Below are positions 41,814-51,568 of a stretch of 64,000 bases of DNA, piece by piece. Location of the stretch: contig JAOPTT010000010.1 of NCBI GenBank assembly GCA_051531975.1, positions 226,678 through 290,677 of the forward strand, read 5' to 3'. The stretch comes from Spirochaetaceae bacterium (lineage in GTDB: Bacteria > Spirochaetota > Spirochaetia > DSM-2461). The translations under genes and the position numbers were made by a program. Every line of letters starts with the position of its first letter. Position 1 is the stretch's first letter. The notes beneath the pieces are model-generated. The model worked only from the letters and a program-made list of their open reading frames with translations, was not told the DNA's origin and made no database searches.

Positions 41814-42467
41814 TTAAATTTTATATTTGCAATTTATTATAAAATCTTTTAATGATAAGCCCATTTTTCTATCCATATGAAATACATTTAATCCTACTTC
41901 TTTAGCAGCTATAATATTTTCTATTTTATCATCAATAAAAATACAACTTGCAGCATTTTTTTGTATTTTTTCAATTGTATAAGTATATATTCTATTATCT
42001 GGTTTATCAAAACCAACATACGAAGAGATAATAATGTGTTTAAAATATTTTCTTAAATCTAAATAATCAAACGCCCAATCTAAACTTGCATTAGCATTTG
42101 ATAATACATGGAGAGTAAACTTATCTTTTAGTTTTTCTAATACACTTATGGTGTCATCAAATAACTTATATTGAAATGTATCACAATTTAATATAAATAA
42201 TTTATCTAACAATACTTCATTTTGGGGATCAATGACTGAAACAATGATCTTTGTTCGTTCTAATAACCATTTTTTTTCATCTGACCAATTGTTAATTCTA
42301 TCATATTTTTCATTATCAAAATTATTAGCTTTAGATAGAGCTAATTCTATTAGTTCTTTAGTATAATTCATTGATGATAGGATTCTTCTTGTTATGTCAT
42401 TTCTAAACTCATTTATATAAAACAGAACTCCACCTGCATCAAAAATTATAGTATCTATATTATTCAT
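41814..42467 (-). CDS. HAD-IA family hydrolase
   Basis: IIFDAGGVL, LSNA, KPD, FIDDKIENI. Confidence 0.9.
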   Translation of the reverse strand: MNNIDTIIFDAGGVLFYINEFRNDITRRILSSMNYTKELIELALSKANNFDNEKYDRINNWSDEKKWLLERTKIIVSVIDPQNEVLLDKLFILNCDTFQYKLFDDTISVLEKLKDKFTLHVLSNANASLDWAFDYLDLRKYFKHIIISSYVGFDKPDNRIYTYTIEKIQKNAASCIFIDDKIENIIAAKEVGLNVFHMDRKMGLSLKDFIINCKYKI

Positions 42468-42564
42468 TTAGCCCCTCAATAAAATTATTTTTAACATTAT
42501 TTATGCTGTAATTAAATCTATAAAATGACATTTATAATCCTTAAGTGTACATGAGAATATTAGT

Positions 42565-42592
42565 ACATCTTAATATAGGTATTCGGTCTACT
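42565..42592 (+). other. dif-like site (TAGGTA)
   Basis: ACATCTTAATA TAGGTA TTCGGTCTACT; supplies TAG stop of 42588-42911. Confidence 0.75.
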
Positions 42593-42911
42593 TTATATAA
42601 ATATAGCTTATTTTTTTAAAGTCAAAATCCATATTCATTTCTTTAATAATATTTTGTGGATATGGTCCAATTTGTAAAGCATCAAATTCAGTTATAATAT
42701 CTTCAATAACTTCAATATCTCCTTTCAGGATGTCAGACATATTAAATTGTATGTTAATGGCATTTTCAGTTATATATAAACCTATTGAGATCATATTATC
42801 AGTAATTAAACTAAAACTTGATTGAACTAAATATAATGTTTGAAGGTTTTCAAATTGTTTGCTTTTACTTATGGTACATGCATTTAATGATCTTTCTATA
42901 AAATCCTTCAC
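42588..42911 (-). CDS. Hypothetical cassette gene, possibly truncated by the dif-like site
   Basis: Starts after attC core GTTAGGC; stop lies inside the dif-like arm. Confidence 0.55.
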   Translation of the reverse strand: MKDFIERSLNACTISKSKQFENLQTLYLVQSSFSLITDNMISIGLYITENAINIQFNMSDILKGDIEVIEDIITEFDALQIGPYPQNIIKEMNMDFDFKKISYIYIK

Positions 42912-42941
42912 TTTCGTTTATCATCCTTTTTAAATAATTTC

Positions 42942-43058
42942 GCCTAACGTTCCCGAGCATACACGCAGTTATTATTTTTACCATTTTTGCAGAGCAAAAT
43001 AAAAACAGAATAATTGGCCGTAGGCTGAGCGTAGCGAAACTTGTATGCTTTGTTATAC
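42942..43058 (-). other. Integron attC site
   Basis: GTATAAC-AAAGCATAC...GTATGCTCGGGAAC-GTTAGGC, locally GC-rich imperfect palindrome right after a stop codon. Confidence 0.85.
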
Positions 43059-43062
43059 GCTG

Positions 43063-43245
43063 TTAATTATTATTAAACCTTTTGTTAAATTCTTTTTCTT
43101 CCATACGATCTTCTTTTACTTGTTTCTTTACTAAAGACTTTTCTAATAATCTTTTACCTTCATGCTCATTGGCAAAAAAGTCATTAACTTCCTTCTTACT
43201 CATCCCTTTTGTCAATTTAAATGTTTCATGGTAACTATTAGCCAT
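43063..43245 (-). CDS. Small hypothetical cassette gene
   Basis: RBS AAGGA; bounded by GTTGTAC core and attC. Confidence 0.65.
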   Translation of the reverse strand: MANSYHETFKLTKGMSKKEVNDFFANEHEGKRLLEKSLVKKQVKEDRMEEKEFNKRFNNN

Positions 43246-43273
43246 AATAAGTCCTTTAATAATAATTAATTGT

Positions 43274-43377
43274 GTACAACTTAAGCCATTACGAAATATT
43301 GCGTTTTTGCTTTAAATATAATACTTCAAATAATCAACTAAGTAACATACTTTTTATATTTAAACACATTACAAATA
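43274..43377 (-). repeat. attI/promoter-like platform, copy 2
   Basis: Near-identical to copy 1 without VNTR expansion; ends in GTTGTAC. Confidence 0.75.
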
Positions 43378-43405
43378 ACTTCTTAGGTTAGGTATTCTGT
43401 CTAGT
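43378..43405 (+). other. dif-like site (TAGGTA)
   Basis: ACTTCTTAGGT TAGGTA TTCTGTCTAGT. Confidence 0.7.
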
Positions 43406-43407
43406 TG

Positions 43408-44463
43408 TTAAATATTATTGACTGAATAATCTAACTTAAATGGTAACTTATTTTTAATTTTTTTTAATACAATTCCAGTACGACTATCAACAATTACTTT
43501 CCAATATATTGAGAAATAGCTTAAATATCTATCTTGAAAGATACTTGATTCTGCTCTTCTAGGTTTATCTTTAATTAATTCTAATTGATATTCATTTTGA
43601 AATTCTTTATCCAACATAATAGTTGGAATTATATTGGTATTGATATTGGTAAGTATCTTATAGTCTAGGTTCATCATTGAGGCTATAATTTTTAACTTTT
43701 GATAGAGTTCCATTCGAACTAACAACTCTTTATATGACATATCTAATGATATTTCATTTGTTTCTAAATTAGTAATTTTGGCGAAAAAATCTAACTTATT
43801 ATTATCAATATTCTTATATATTTCATTAAATGTTGAATCTAATAATTCATCTATTTTATTTGATAGATGTTGTTTTTTCTTATCTCCCTTTAATCTCATA
43901 TTTTCTTTAATGATTTCTTTTTGATCTTTATATTTCGTAGCTGCATTTTTATCAATAGTTAAGTCTCTTAGTGATATGTTTAATAAGCTTCTATCTTCAT
44001 TATGCAACTGAGGAGGTACTGAAGCAAAAAAAAGTCCCTCTTCATTATTTTGTGTATGTGTACTAAGCAGCTGAGTATGTAAATGTAAATCCCCTAGTAG
44101 ATCAAATCCAGAAACTATTTCTATATGTTCATTAATATACTTAGTTAATGCTTCTTGATCAATTTTATCAACACTATTCCCTAAAACGTATTCAAACTCT
44201 AATATCATTAAATTTAATGATGATGGAGGGCCATTTAGATTTTTTATTTTGTAAAAGTATTCAACACTTTGCAAAGATTTTAATCGTTCTTTTCTAATCC
44301 CATCATTTTTATAATTCATAAGCTCTTTTAAATTATTCATTGTAAAAAGAGGAATAAATCCTTTTTTATATAAATCATTAATTTCATCTTTTAAATTCTT
44401 TTTTTTAATCATATTACTCCATGTCGAAGTATCTAGAATTATTGGTCTTGTGAAAATTATCAT
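43408..44463 (-). CDS. Hypothetical protein, possible PIN-like nuclease
   Basis: IILDTS at N-terminus, ..KEL, C-terminal QD...VD acidic residues. Confidence 0.5.
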   Translation of the reverse strand: MIIFTRPIILDTSTWSNMIKKKNLKDEINDLYKKGFIPLFTMNNLKELMNYKNDGIRKERLKSLQSVEYFYKIKNLNGPPSSLNLMILEFEYVLGNSVDKIDQEALTKYINEHIEIVSGFDLLGDLHLHTQLLSTHTQNNEEGLFFASVPPQLHNEDRSLLNISLRDLTIDKNAATKYKDQKEIIKENMRLKGDKKKQHLSNKIDELLDSTFNEIYKNIDNNKLDFFAKITNLETNEISLDMSYKELLVRMELYQKLKIIASMMNLDYKILTNINTNIIPTIMLDKEFQNEYQLELIKDKPRRAESSIFQDRYLSYFSIYWKVIVDSRTGIVLKKIKNKLPFKLDYSVNNI

Positions 44464-44562
44464 AAAAATCCTTAAAAAATTGATATCACTAAATTATGAT
44501 GCTAAATACTTATATTTCAAGAAAAATAATCTGTCTCTATTATGGGGTATACCAGTTTGAAT

Positions 44563-44627
44563 TTTTAACGGCCTGTTGAGAATAAAGTCTGTTCCAAAAT
44601 ATTTTATTTTCCAACAGTTTGTTATGT
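44563..44627 (-). other. Integron attC site (65 bp)
   Basis: ACATAAC-AAA-CTGTTG(G)AAAATAAA...TTTATTCTCAACAG-GCC-GTTAAAA with an unpaired G. Confidence 0.8.
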
Positions 44628-44637
44628 ACCTATTTAC

Positions 44638-45657
44638 TTATGAAAGTATATCTAATTCATATTCATCTATATATTTATTAATTGGAATGTCAAACTCTTT
44701 ATACAGTTCATACGTAGTTGAATTAATTCCTGACCATTTTTCTTTCCAGCAATCATCAAAGTATTTCTTATCATCTTTTATAATTAGTAAATCTCTTATT
44801 AAACCTAGAATATTTGTATTTTCTCCAATCTTTTTTTTATATTCTAAATATTTATCATTATCTATTAAACTCAACTCTTTTATATTTTTAATACCAAATA
44901 TATTTAATTCATCAATTATTTCTGTACTATTTTTTCGCCATTCATTTGGTGATATTTTCTGTATAATTGCTGAATAAACACTAGAGTTGAAATATTCAAG
45001 TAAAGTTGTTGAATTAATTTCATAATCAAACTTTTGATTGTTAAATTTTTCTTTTATTTCTATTGTATATTCTTCTATATCTTTAGCGATGTTATTAAAT
45101 TCATTATCAGCTACTTCTAAAACAGCAGATATTAAATTAAAACGTCTCTTAATTTCTGTTGGTAAGGTACCACTAAATTTGTAATTTTTATCATGTTCAA
45201 TTTCAGCCCATGTATGTTGTAATAGTGTTCTTATTTGAATTTCAAATACATAATTTTTAAAATTAGAATACTCTGGTAATAAACATCTATTACTATTAAT
45301 TTTGCATATATAATGTATAGATCTATAGCCAATTTTATTTATTCCCAAATCTTCATTCTTATTTGAAGTTTCATTCTGATCTATATCAAACTCATCTTCA
45401 ATTAATTTACATATTGTTGTAACATCATCTTGAACATATGCTATTATCCTAAGTCCTATATAGTCTTTTATTTCATATTTAGGATTTTTATAATTTTCTG
45501 CTTTAGTTAAAAAACTTTTTAGTGATTTTGCTCTTCCATTAATATCGTGAACTTCCAAAGAATTTACAGCAATGATCCTTTTTAATAATTCATTAATTGT
45601 TATTGTAGCACTTTCATATAGTGGTAATTTATTATTATAATAATTTTTCAGTTCCAT
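44638..45657 (-). CDS. RelA/SpoT-domain small alarmone synthetase with C-terminal extension
   Basis: R.KS..S...K, DYIGLRII, GYRSIHY, EIQIRTLLQHTWAEIEH. Confidence 0.9.
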   Translation of the reverse strand: MELKNYYNNKLPLYESATITINELLKRIIAVNSLEVHDINGRAKSLKSFLTKAENYKNPKYEIKDYIGLRIIAYVQDDVTTICKLIEDEFDIDQNETSNKNEDLGINKIGYRSIHYICKINSNRCLLPEYSNFKNYVFEIQIRTLLQHTWAEIEHDKNYKFSGTLPTEIKRRFNLISAVLEVADNEFNNIAKDIEEYTIEIKEKFNNQKFDYEINSTTLLEYFNSSVYSAIIQKISPNEWRKNSTEIIDELNIFGIKNIKELSLIDNDKYLEYKKKIGENTNILGLIRDLLIIKDDKKYFDDCWKEKWSGINSTTYELYKEFDIPINKYIDEYELDILS

Positions 45658-45757
45658 TTTATTTCCTAATCTTGATTTTTTATACTATGACTTGCTTACT
45701 GTTTCATGTGTCATTTTTTTTCATATTATTTCCTTATGTTCAATTTTTTAAACTGTC

Positions 45758-45779
45758 GCTTCCTAGTATTCGTTCTACA
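45758..45779 (+). other. Internally deleted dif-like site
   Basis: GCTTCC-TAGTA-TTCGTTCTACA. Confidence 0.5.
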
Positions 45780-45786
45780 TGGGGAA

Positions 45787-45902
45787 TTTTTACGTTCTCA
45801 TCAGCTGTTTTACTTGCTGGAGTGAACCTAGGTGTTTGAGGAATATTATTTTTCTGCAGATAGTTTTAAAACAGTAAAATCTATTCCAAGAGTTTATTAA
45901 AT
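45787..45902 (-). other. Degenerate attC site
   Basis: ATTTAAT-AAAC-TCTTGGAATAGA matches left end of 51569 attC; ends GTAAAAA 7 bp before dif-like remnant. Confidence 0.55.
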
Positions 45903-45942
45903 ACCTCATAAAAGTTATTTGATAAAAAGTCATTTACAACTT

Positions 45943-46725
45943 TTATTTTAGTTCATCTTCAATGTTATTAATGTCATAAATTATATTATCTATAAATTGT
46001 GATCCTAAAGAAGTTATTTTAAGTTCTGCTTTATTTGTTGAGTTTTCAATTACTTCAAAAATCTCTTTTCTGTAGTCATCTATTATATTTTCTATAGTAC
46101 TACTTTTGTAATTACTAGGAAATGAATAATTAAAACTAGAATTTATATCCAAAGTTCTTCTTAAAAGAGCAAAATTTTGTAAACTTGAAGTATTAAAATC
46201 AAAATGGTTCTGGCATAGTTCTAACTTTTTTATATCTCTAATGTGTACAGCTGGTGGCATAATTATATCTGGATAAATAAATTCTAATTTAGAACGCGTA
46301 GGGTATAATTCATTATTTTCTTTTGTATGAAAATATATGAGAATTATAACTTGTTCATATGTAATATCTTCTAAAATAGCAATAAATTTTTCTGTGATAT
46401 TAGGTTCTATTTCTTCATATATTCCCTTTCCTATTATCGATGTAATCCATTCCCTTTTTTTCTTATTATTAGTTTTAGCAGAAATTCTAATACCTTCTTC
46501 TAGTAGGAAAAGAGCATCTAAATTACTCTTACATTTATCCTCAATATCCTCAAACCTTGTTGATAATAACTTAAGAAAATCTGTGACTCTATCCATCCGC
46601 TGATTAGGTATAATTGCTGAAACTAATTCACCCAGAAATGTTCCTGCTAAAGGTACAGCTCCTAGAGTAGATTTTATTGCAGAATTTACTACATCAATCC
46701 TATTATTTGATAAATTTTCATTCAT
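45943..46725 (-). CDS. Hypothetical protein (Abi-alpha-like N-terminus, tentative)
   Basis: LGAVPLAG..LGEL....IPNQRMDR..DFL; C-terminal ITSLG.QF. Confidence 0.6.
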   Translation of the reverse strand: MNENLSNNRIDVVNSAIKSTLGAVPLAGTFLGELVSAIIPNQRMDRVTDFLKLLSTRFEDIEDKCKSNLDALFLLEEGIRISAKTNNKKKREWITSIIGKGIYEEIEPNITEKFIAILEDITYEQVIILIYFHTKENNELYPTRSKLEFIYPDIIMPPAVHIRDIKKLELCQNHFDFNTSSLQNFALLRRTLDINSSFNYSFPSNYKSSTIENIIDDYRKEIFEVIENSTNKAELKITSLGSQFIDNIIYDINNIEDELK

Positions 46726-46758
46726 ATTTTCCTCATCCTTTTTTATATATTAATTAAA

Positions 46759-48060
46759 TTAAGATAATACTCTTCTTATAGTTTCTATTAGTGATTTTAA
46801 TAAATATAATATTCTAGTTAAAGGAAAAACAGATGATATAACAGCAATTATGGCAATTACTAATGCATCAAATCCAAAGTTCGTTGAATATATAGATATT
46901 GCATCATTTAAATTGTTTCTAGTCATTTTTAGTTCTTTTTCTATTCCTATAAGTTGCTTTCTTAAAATATTATTGAAGTTAGAATATAAGGGTTTAACAG
47001 GGTTATTATCGATAGGTACTAATAAGTCACTTTCTATTTTAACTTTGTAAAAATGAGGAACAACTCTTTGGGTATTTTCTTTTTTATCTCTTTCTTGTCC
47101 AACGATCCACATAGTGAAAGGAATATTAATATAGCTGACACCATATTCTAGATATTTTTCTAGCTTATCAGTGTATAATAAATACTTAGGATAAATACTT
47201 TCAAGGTCGAAAATTGTTTTGGGTATATTTTTTAAATAATTCCAACTTTTAAATCTTTTAAAAATATGTAATAAATTACTTGGGACTCCGTGTAAAGAAT
47301 TAATTATTTGATCATTTAATTTTATAATTTGTTTTTGAATCTTTGATAATTTATTTTGAAATAACTCAAAATCATTATATAGGAGAATATCTAAACATAT
47401 TCTATCTCTAATTACTTTCTTGTTTTCCCCAAAATAAACTGAATATAATCTGCCTTGATTATGTATTTGTTTATCTCCAATATTAGTCAAAGAAAAAAAA
47501 CGATTATCATTAAGATCTAATTTAAACACTGGATAATCAGCATCAGTTTTTAACTTTAAATCTTCTAAGTTATTGTATAAAACATCCCAGAATGGATTTG
47601 GAATCCAATGTATTTCAATATTTAATTTTCTTGAAATACTTAGACATTGATTTCTAAACGCTAGTTCAGAAGAAGTTTTTTCATTGAGTTGCTCAATTAT
47701 AAAGCTATTTTCTTCAATTTGCATTGTAAAAAAAATCATCATTCCATCATAGAATATCTCAATAATGCCCTCTTCGGTTTGATATTTAATAAATAACTGA
47801 TAAGGAAATCCTAAATAAGATGTCTCATGAATAACTTTTATGTATTTTATATTTTCTATATTTATAATCTCATTTTTTATATCCAGTAATTCTTCTTTTA
47901 TATTTCTACAGAAGAGATGATTAATGTACCCTAGATTAATATCGTCATTGTCAAAATCTTCTTCAATAGTAGTATTCCAATCAATTTTTCTTGATAATAT
48001 AGGTTTCTCAGGGATACTACAGAAATTTAGAGCTAAATTATTTATTTTTACTTTTTCCAC
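46759..48060 (-). CDS. Hypothetical protein with coiled coil and C-terminal TM
   Basis: 433-aa ORF; hydrophobic C-terminus. Confidence 0.65.
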   Translation of the reverse strand: MEKVKINNLALNFCSIPEKPILSRKIDWNTTIEEDFDNDDINLGYINHLFCRNIKEELLDIKNEIINIENIKYIKVIHETSYLGFPYQLFIKYQTEEGIIEIFYDGMMIFFTMQIEENSFIIEQLNEKTSSELAFRNQCLSISRKLNIEIHWIPNPFWDVLYNNLEDLKLKTDADYPVFKLDLNDNRFFSLTNIGDKQIHNQGRLYSVYFGENKKVIRDRICLDILLYNDFELFQNKLSKIQKQIIKLNDQIINSLHGVPSNLLHIFKRFKSWNYLKNIPKTIFDLESIYPKYLLYTDKLEKYLEYGVSYINIPFTMWIVGQERDKKENTQRVVPHFYKVKIESDLLVPIDNNPVKPLYSNFNNILRKQLIGIEKELKMTRNNLNDAISIYSTNFGFDALVIAIIAVISSVFPLTRILYLLKSLIETIRRVLS

Positions 48061-48211
48061 AACAACCTCAGAAATTTTTAAATTATATACCGTTTTAATA
48101 TTAAGTTACGCATGAAATTTTAATTGTTTATTTAAGTGTAAAAATCACCGATTTATCGTTGATTAAGTTTATCTTATTACTGTCTGTATACAAACTAAAT
48201 ATATTCCCTTC

Positions 48212-49282
48212 TCATGAATCAAGGTTATTAGATATATATATTTCATCTCTAATTTTTCTTTGAATTGAATTGTTTGATGGATAATAATTCGAATCTAAAA
48301 TTTTATTATTCTCTTTAAGATAGTTTTTGTAATTCGATAAAATTTCCTCAAAAAATCCCAAATCTAAAGTATTCTTTTTCAAACCCACTTGAATAATTTT
48401 ATTTAAAGCCATTGTTAACCCACCAAAACCTGCAGTACGATTTATTATGTACTTTTTAGGATCGTTCCATTCTAAATTAAAAATGTTTTCGGCAGCTTTA
48501 AAATAATTGAAAATGATTTTATAAATAATGGAATCTTCTTCCCTTATAAAATAATATCTTAGAGGGAGCATTTCATCAGGAACTATTTTTTTTCTGTTTT
48601 TTATGTTTATAGTATCTTCTTTTGGTTTTTTAGAAATTAAATTAATAAGATAATTTACAAAAGTACCTTGAGATATCGTTTCTGAATCTAATTGTTTTTT
48701 CCCTAACATTTTTAAACGCCGATAAAATGGTGAATTTTCATCAGAATTTAAAGCTCTTGCTAATTCATGCATAGTCTTAAATGGACTTCTTGTTTCTGAA
48801 ATATGAAACAAATCATATATTAAAGATGGATCAATTTTTTTTTGGTTAGAATTTATTGTTGAAAAAACGTAGGCTTTTTCTTCTTCTGTAAGATCAGGCA
48901 TTATTACAAGAGGTATTTGAATTGATTTATTTAAGGAACTTTCTGTTATACCTAATAATCTATGCTGACCATCAATTATTTCAAATAAATTTTTTTCATT
49001 TTCGTTAAACTCTATTGTATTATTATCTATAGTAAAATTATCACTATCTATTGAAACAATTATTGCAGATGGAAAAGTTGCATCGGGATCTTCACAGTAT
49101 TTTTGAATATTTTTAATTCTTTCCTTTGAATCTTTTCTCTGAATACCACCTGAAGATATAAAAAGTTGAGGGTCATAATCACGTCTATTAATAAAACAAT
49201 ATTTGTATAATAAATTTATTTCAATAACAGATAAATAGTAAGAACCTATTGGTTGAGTTATAGTAAGATATTGGAGTTTCAT
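48212..49282 (-). CDS. DGQHR-domain (DndB/ParB-like) protein
   Basis: GIQR, FPSAII, IIDGQHRL, FSTINSNQKKI. Confidence 0.9.
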   Translation of the reverse strand: MKLQYLTITQPIGSYYLSVIEINLLYKYCFINRRDYDPQLFISSGGIQRKDSKERIKNIQKYCEDPDATFPSAIIVSIDSDNFTIDNNTIEFNENEKNLFEIIDGQHRLLGITESSLNKSIQIPLVIMPDLTEEEKAYVFSTINSNQKKIDPSLIYDLFHISETRSPFKTMHELARALNSDENSPFYRRLKMLGKKQLDSETISQGTFVNYLINLISKKPKEDTINIKNRKKIVPDEMLPLRYYFIREEDSIIYKIIFNYFKAAENIFNLEWNDPKKYIINRTAGFGGLTMALNKIIQVGLKKNTLDLGFFEEILSNYKNYLKENNKILDSNYYPSNNSIQRKIRDEIYISNNLDS

Positions 49283-49809
49283 ATTTTTATTCCCCTATTG
49301 TCATTTTTGATATTCTTTGATTTGTTTTTGATTTGTGAAACTATTTTATCATCTTGTTCTTTGAAATTATCCATATCCATATGTAAATATAAGGAAAGGT
49401 AGGAATATACAATAATAAGTATACCTATTGTATATATTCCAACCTGCAACCAAAGTTTTGTATTTGTAATAATATTTGTTAAATCTGATAAAAGAAAACT
49501 GGATATAATTATTGATAATATAGAACAAGCAATCAAAAATAATTTATATGATTTAAAATGAGCTGCAGTATCAGAAAAAGTTGATTTTATAATTAAATAC
49601 ATAGAAGAACCTAATAAAGGAATTATTGTATTATATAATAAACCTGTTTCTGAAAATGAGATTAATCCTTTTAAAATATCATCCTGGTTTAGAATTATCT
49701 GAAAAATTGGTAAAAATAAACCCAATTGACCAATAATTAATGTAAATAAAATAAATGTATAAAATTGCCATTTAATACTCTTTATAATTTTGAATGGTTT
49801 TATAATCAT
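49279..49809 (-). CDS. 4-TM membrane protein translationally coupled to DGQHR gene
   Basis: Four hydrophobic helices; ATGA overlap. Confidence 0.75.
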   Translation of the reverse strand: MIIKPFKIIKSIKWQFYTFILFTLIIGQLGLFLPIFQIILNQDDILKGLISFSETGLLYNTIIPLLGSSMYLIIKSTFSDTAAHFKSYKLFLIACSILSIIISSFLLSDLTNIITNTKLWLQVGIYTIGILIIVYSYLSLYLHMDMDNFKEQDDKIVSQIKNKSKNIKNDNRGIKI

Positions 49810-49926
49810 AGTTAAATCCTAATTTAATTTTAATTCTTTTTTATATAATATATTATTAGTAATATTAGTACCAAGTCCACAAAAGTTATATTTTTGGCTA
49901 TAAATCACCCCATTTAACCACTATTA

Positions 49927-50517
49927 CTAAGATTTAAGGAAATTATACAAAGTAGTCCGACTAATCCCAACAGCACTAGCTACTACACTTTTTTGTTCAC
50001 CTAAAGATAACAAAGCATTTATTTGTGATGCCTTTTGCTTTGTTATCTTGGTAGATCCTTTAGGTCTACCAAGGATTACACCTCTATCTTTTGCTCTTTG
50101 AATACCTAGCTTTGTTCTTTCACCTAATAGCTTAACTTCTCTTTTTGCTAATGATAGCTGCAGGTCGAATATAAACTCTTCTTCTGCTGACATTCCCTTC
50201 TTGATTGTTAAGTTAGACATTACGACATAGATCTCTAGATCTTCTCTTACATCTGTTATATGCCTTAGTAGCTTTAAACCATCCCTGGTATTTCTTCCTA
50301 TCCTGGATATCTCTGTTACTACTATCTTTTTAACTTCTGGGTTTATGATATGATCCCAGAGTTTCCGGTTCTCTAATTTGGTTTTAGAAGCTGATACTTG
50401 CTCCAGGATAATGTCATCGAATGTGATACTCATCATCTCTTCGTATCTTTCGAAAAAGGTTCGGTATTTATCTTTGTCCTGGGCTACAGAACTTATTCTA
50501 CTGTATGCAATTATCAT
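49927..50517 (-). CDS. Serine recombinase (resolvase/invertase)
   Basis: YSRISS..Q, EISRIGRN, ERTK.G...AK..G..LGRP, C-terminal HTH GISRTTLY. Confidence 0.92.
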   Translation of the reverse strand: MIIAYSRISSVAQDKDKYRTFFERYEEMMSITFDDIILEQVSASKTKLENRKLWDHIINPEVKKIVVTEISRIGRNTRDGLKLLRHITDVREDLEIYVVMSNLTIKKGMSAEEEFIFDLQLSLAKREVKLLGERTKLGIQRAKDRGVILGRPKGSTKITKQKASQINALLSLGEQKSVVASAVGISRTTLYNFLKS

Positions 50518-50528
50518 ATGTTATTTAT

Positions 50529-50662
50529 TGTAAGACTATTTTATTTACATGTCTATTAATTATTTGTTTAATTAAATCTTACAGTTAATTCTTTTTATTA
50601 CATGTTGAATCCCAAAATCACTGAGTTTGGTATGTTCAGAAAAACGAACGATTAATTATACA
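50529..50662. other. Putative res site
   Basis: TGT...ACA-bounded subsites at 50529-50549, 50550-50583 and 50633-50662 (TGTTCAGAAAAACG AA CGATTAATTATACA) upstream of the resolvase. Confidence 0.6.
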
Positions 50663-50944
50663 TAATGGTAATGGCTTTATTGGATAACTATATGAGGAGT
50701 TTATATCTTTGATTATCACAAATTGATTTAGTATACAGTGGTAAACTTGTACACTTAACCCCCATATCAGCATGGCTATACCGCAATGCATGTATTAAAA
50801 TTACTCAACAGTAATAAATCAGGATAACCCTGGTGAATTAAGATGTTACATTCATACAAAATTTCTTTTTGACCTTATATTTAGTACCGTGTACAATAAA
50901 ATAAATCAATAATTTTTAATAACAAAATATATGAGGTAATCTTT

Positions 50945-51496
50945 TTGAATTCAGAAATAATATGGATAATTCCAAATCCTACATTTAATTCATCAATTTA
51001 TATAATATCAATAATTATTGGTTCATTGTTTTTACTTGTTCAATTCATAGATAAAATTAATTTAAATATAAGATTCTCTAAATTTAATAATTTAAAAAAT
51101 AAAATATCTGATATAAAAAGGAATTTAGATGTTTCATTGATTCCAATAAGTATTATTTTTTTTATCATACCAATAATACTATATTCAGTATCATCGGAAA
51201 AAAGTTCCTTTAATGATTATGTATTAAACTCTAAGACAATGACTATTGAAGGTATTGTTAATGTTGAAAATGAACAACCCAAAATTGGTCATGCTAGTGG
51301 AGACAAAATTACTATTGGGACAACGACATTTATTTATAGTTATTTTTATAGTACTTCATTTTACAATATTACAATTTCACATGGTGGGATATTAACTCAT
51401 GGTGCAAATGTAAAGATTCAATATATTCCAACAACCGGCAACGAATATAACTATTTTGGTGATGGTAAAATAATTAAAATAGAGAAACAGATATAA
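50945..51496 (+). CDS. Hypothetical membrane protein (cassette-like)
   Basis: 2 TMs plus soluble C-domain; followed by attC. Confidence 0.65.
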   Translation: MNSEIIWIIPNPTFNSSIYIISIIIGSLFLLVQFIDKINLNIRFSKFNNLKNKISDIKRNLDVSLIPISIIFFIIPIILYSVSSEKSSFNDYVLNSKTMTIEGIVNVENEQPKIGHASGDKITIGTTTFIYSYFYSTSFYNITISHGGILTHGANVKIQYIPTTGNEYNYFGDGKIIKIEKQI

Positions 51497-51568
51497 AATA
51501 AGTTAGTAAAATATTATGGTATAAAAATAAAGATAGTTACAAAATTATTATAAACAATCAGGTATGAA

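Noticed and set aside
41034..43405. CRISPR array
   Set aside because: Repeats are separated by whole genes at irregular spacing; no cas genes.
44533..44560. Possible dif remnant GTCTCTATTAT GGGGTA TACCAGTTTGA next to attC
   Set aside because: Position is suggestive but arm similarity is too low.
44576..44977. 133-aa plus-strand ORF and the other short antisense ORFs in the track
   Set aside because: Shadow frames opposite well-supported genes, with no motifs.
43408..50662. Prophage or Tn3-family transposon
   Set aside because: No structural, terminase or transposase genes and no terminal inverted repeats seen.
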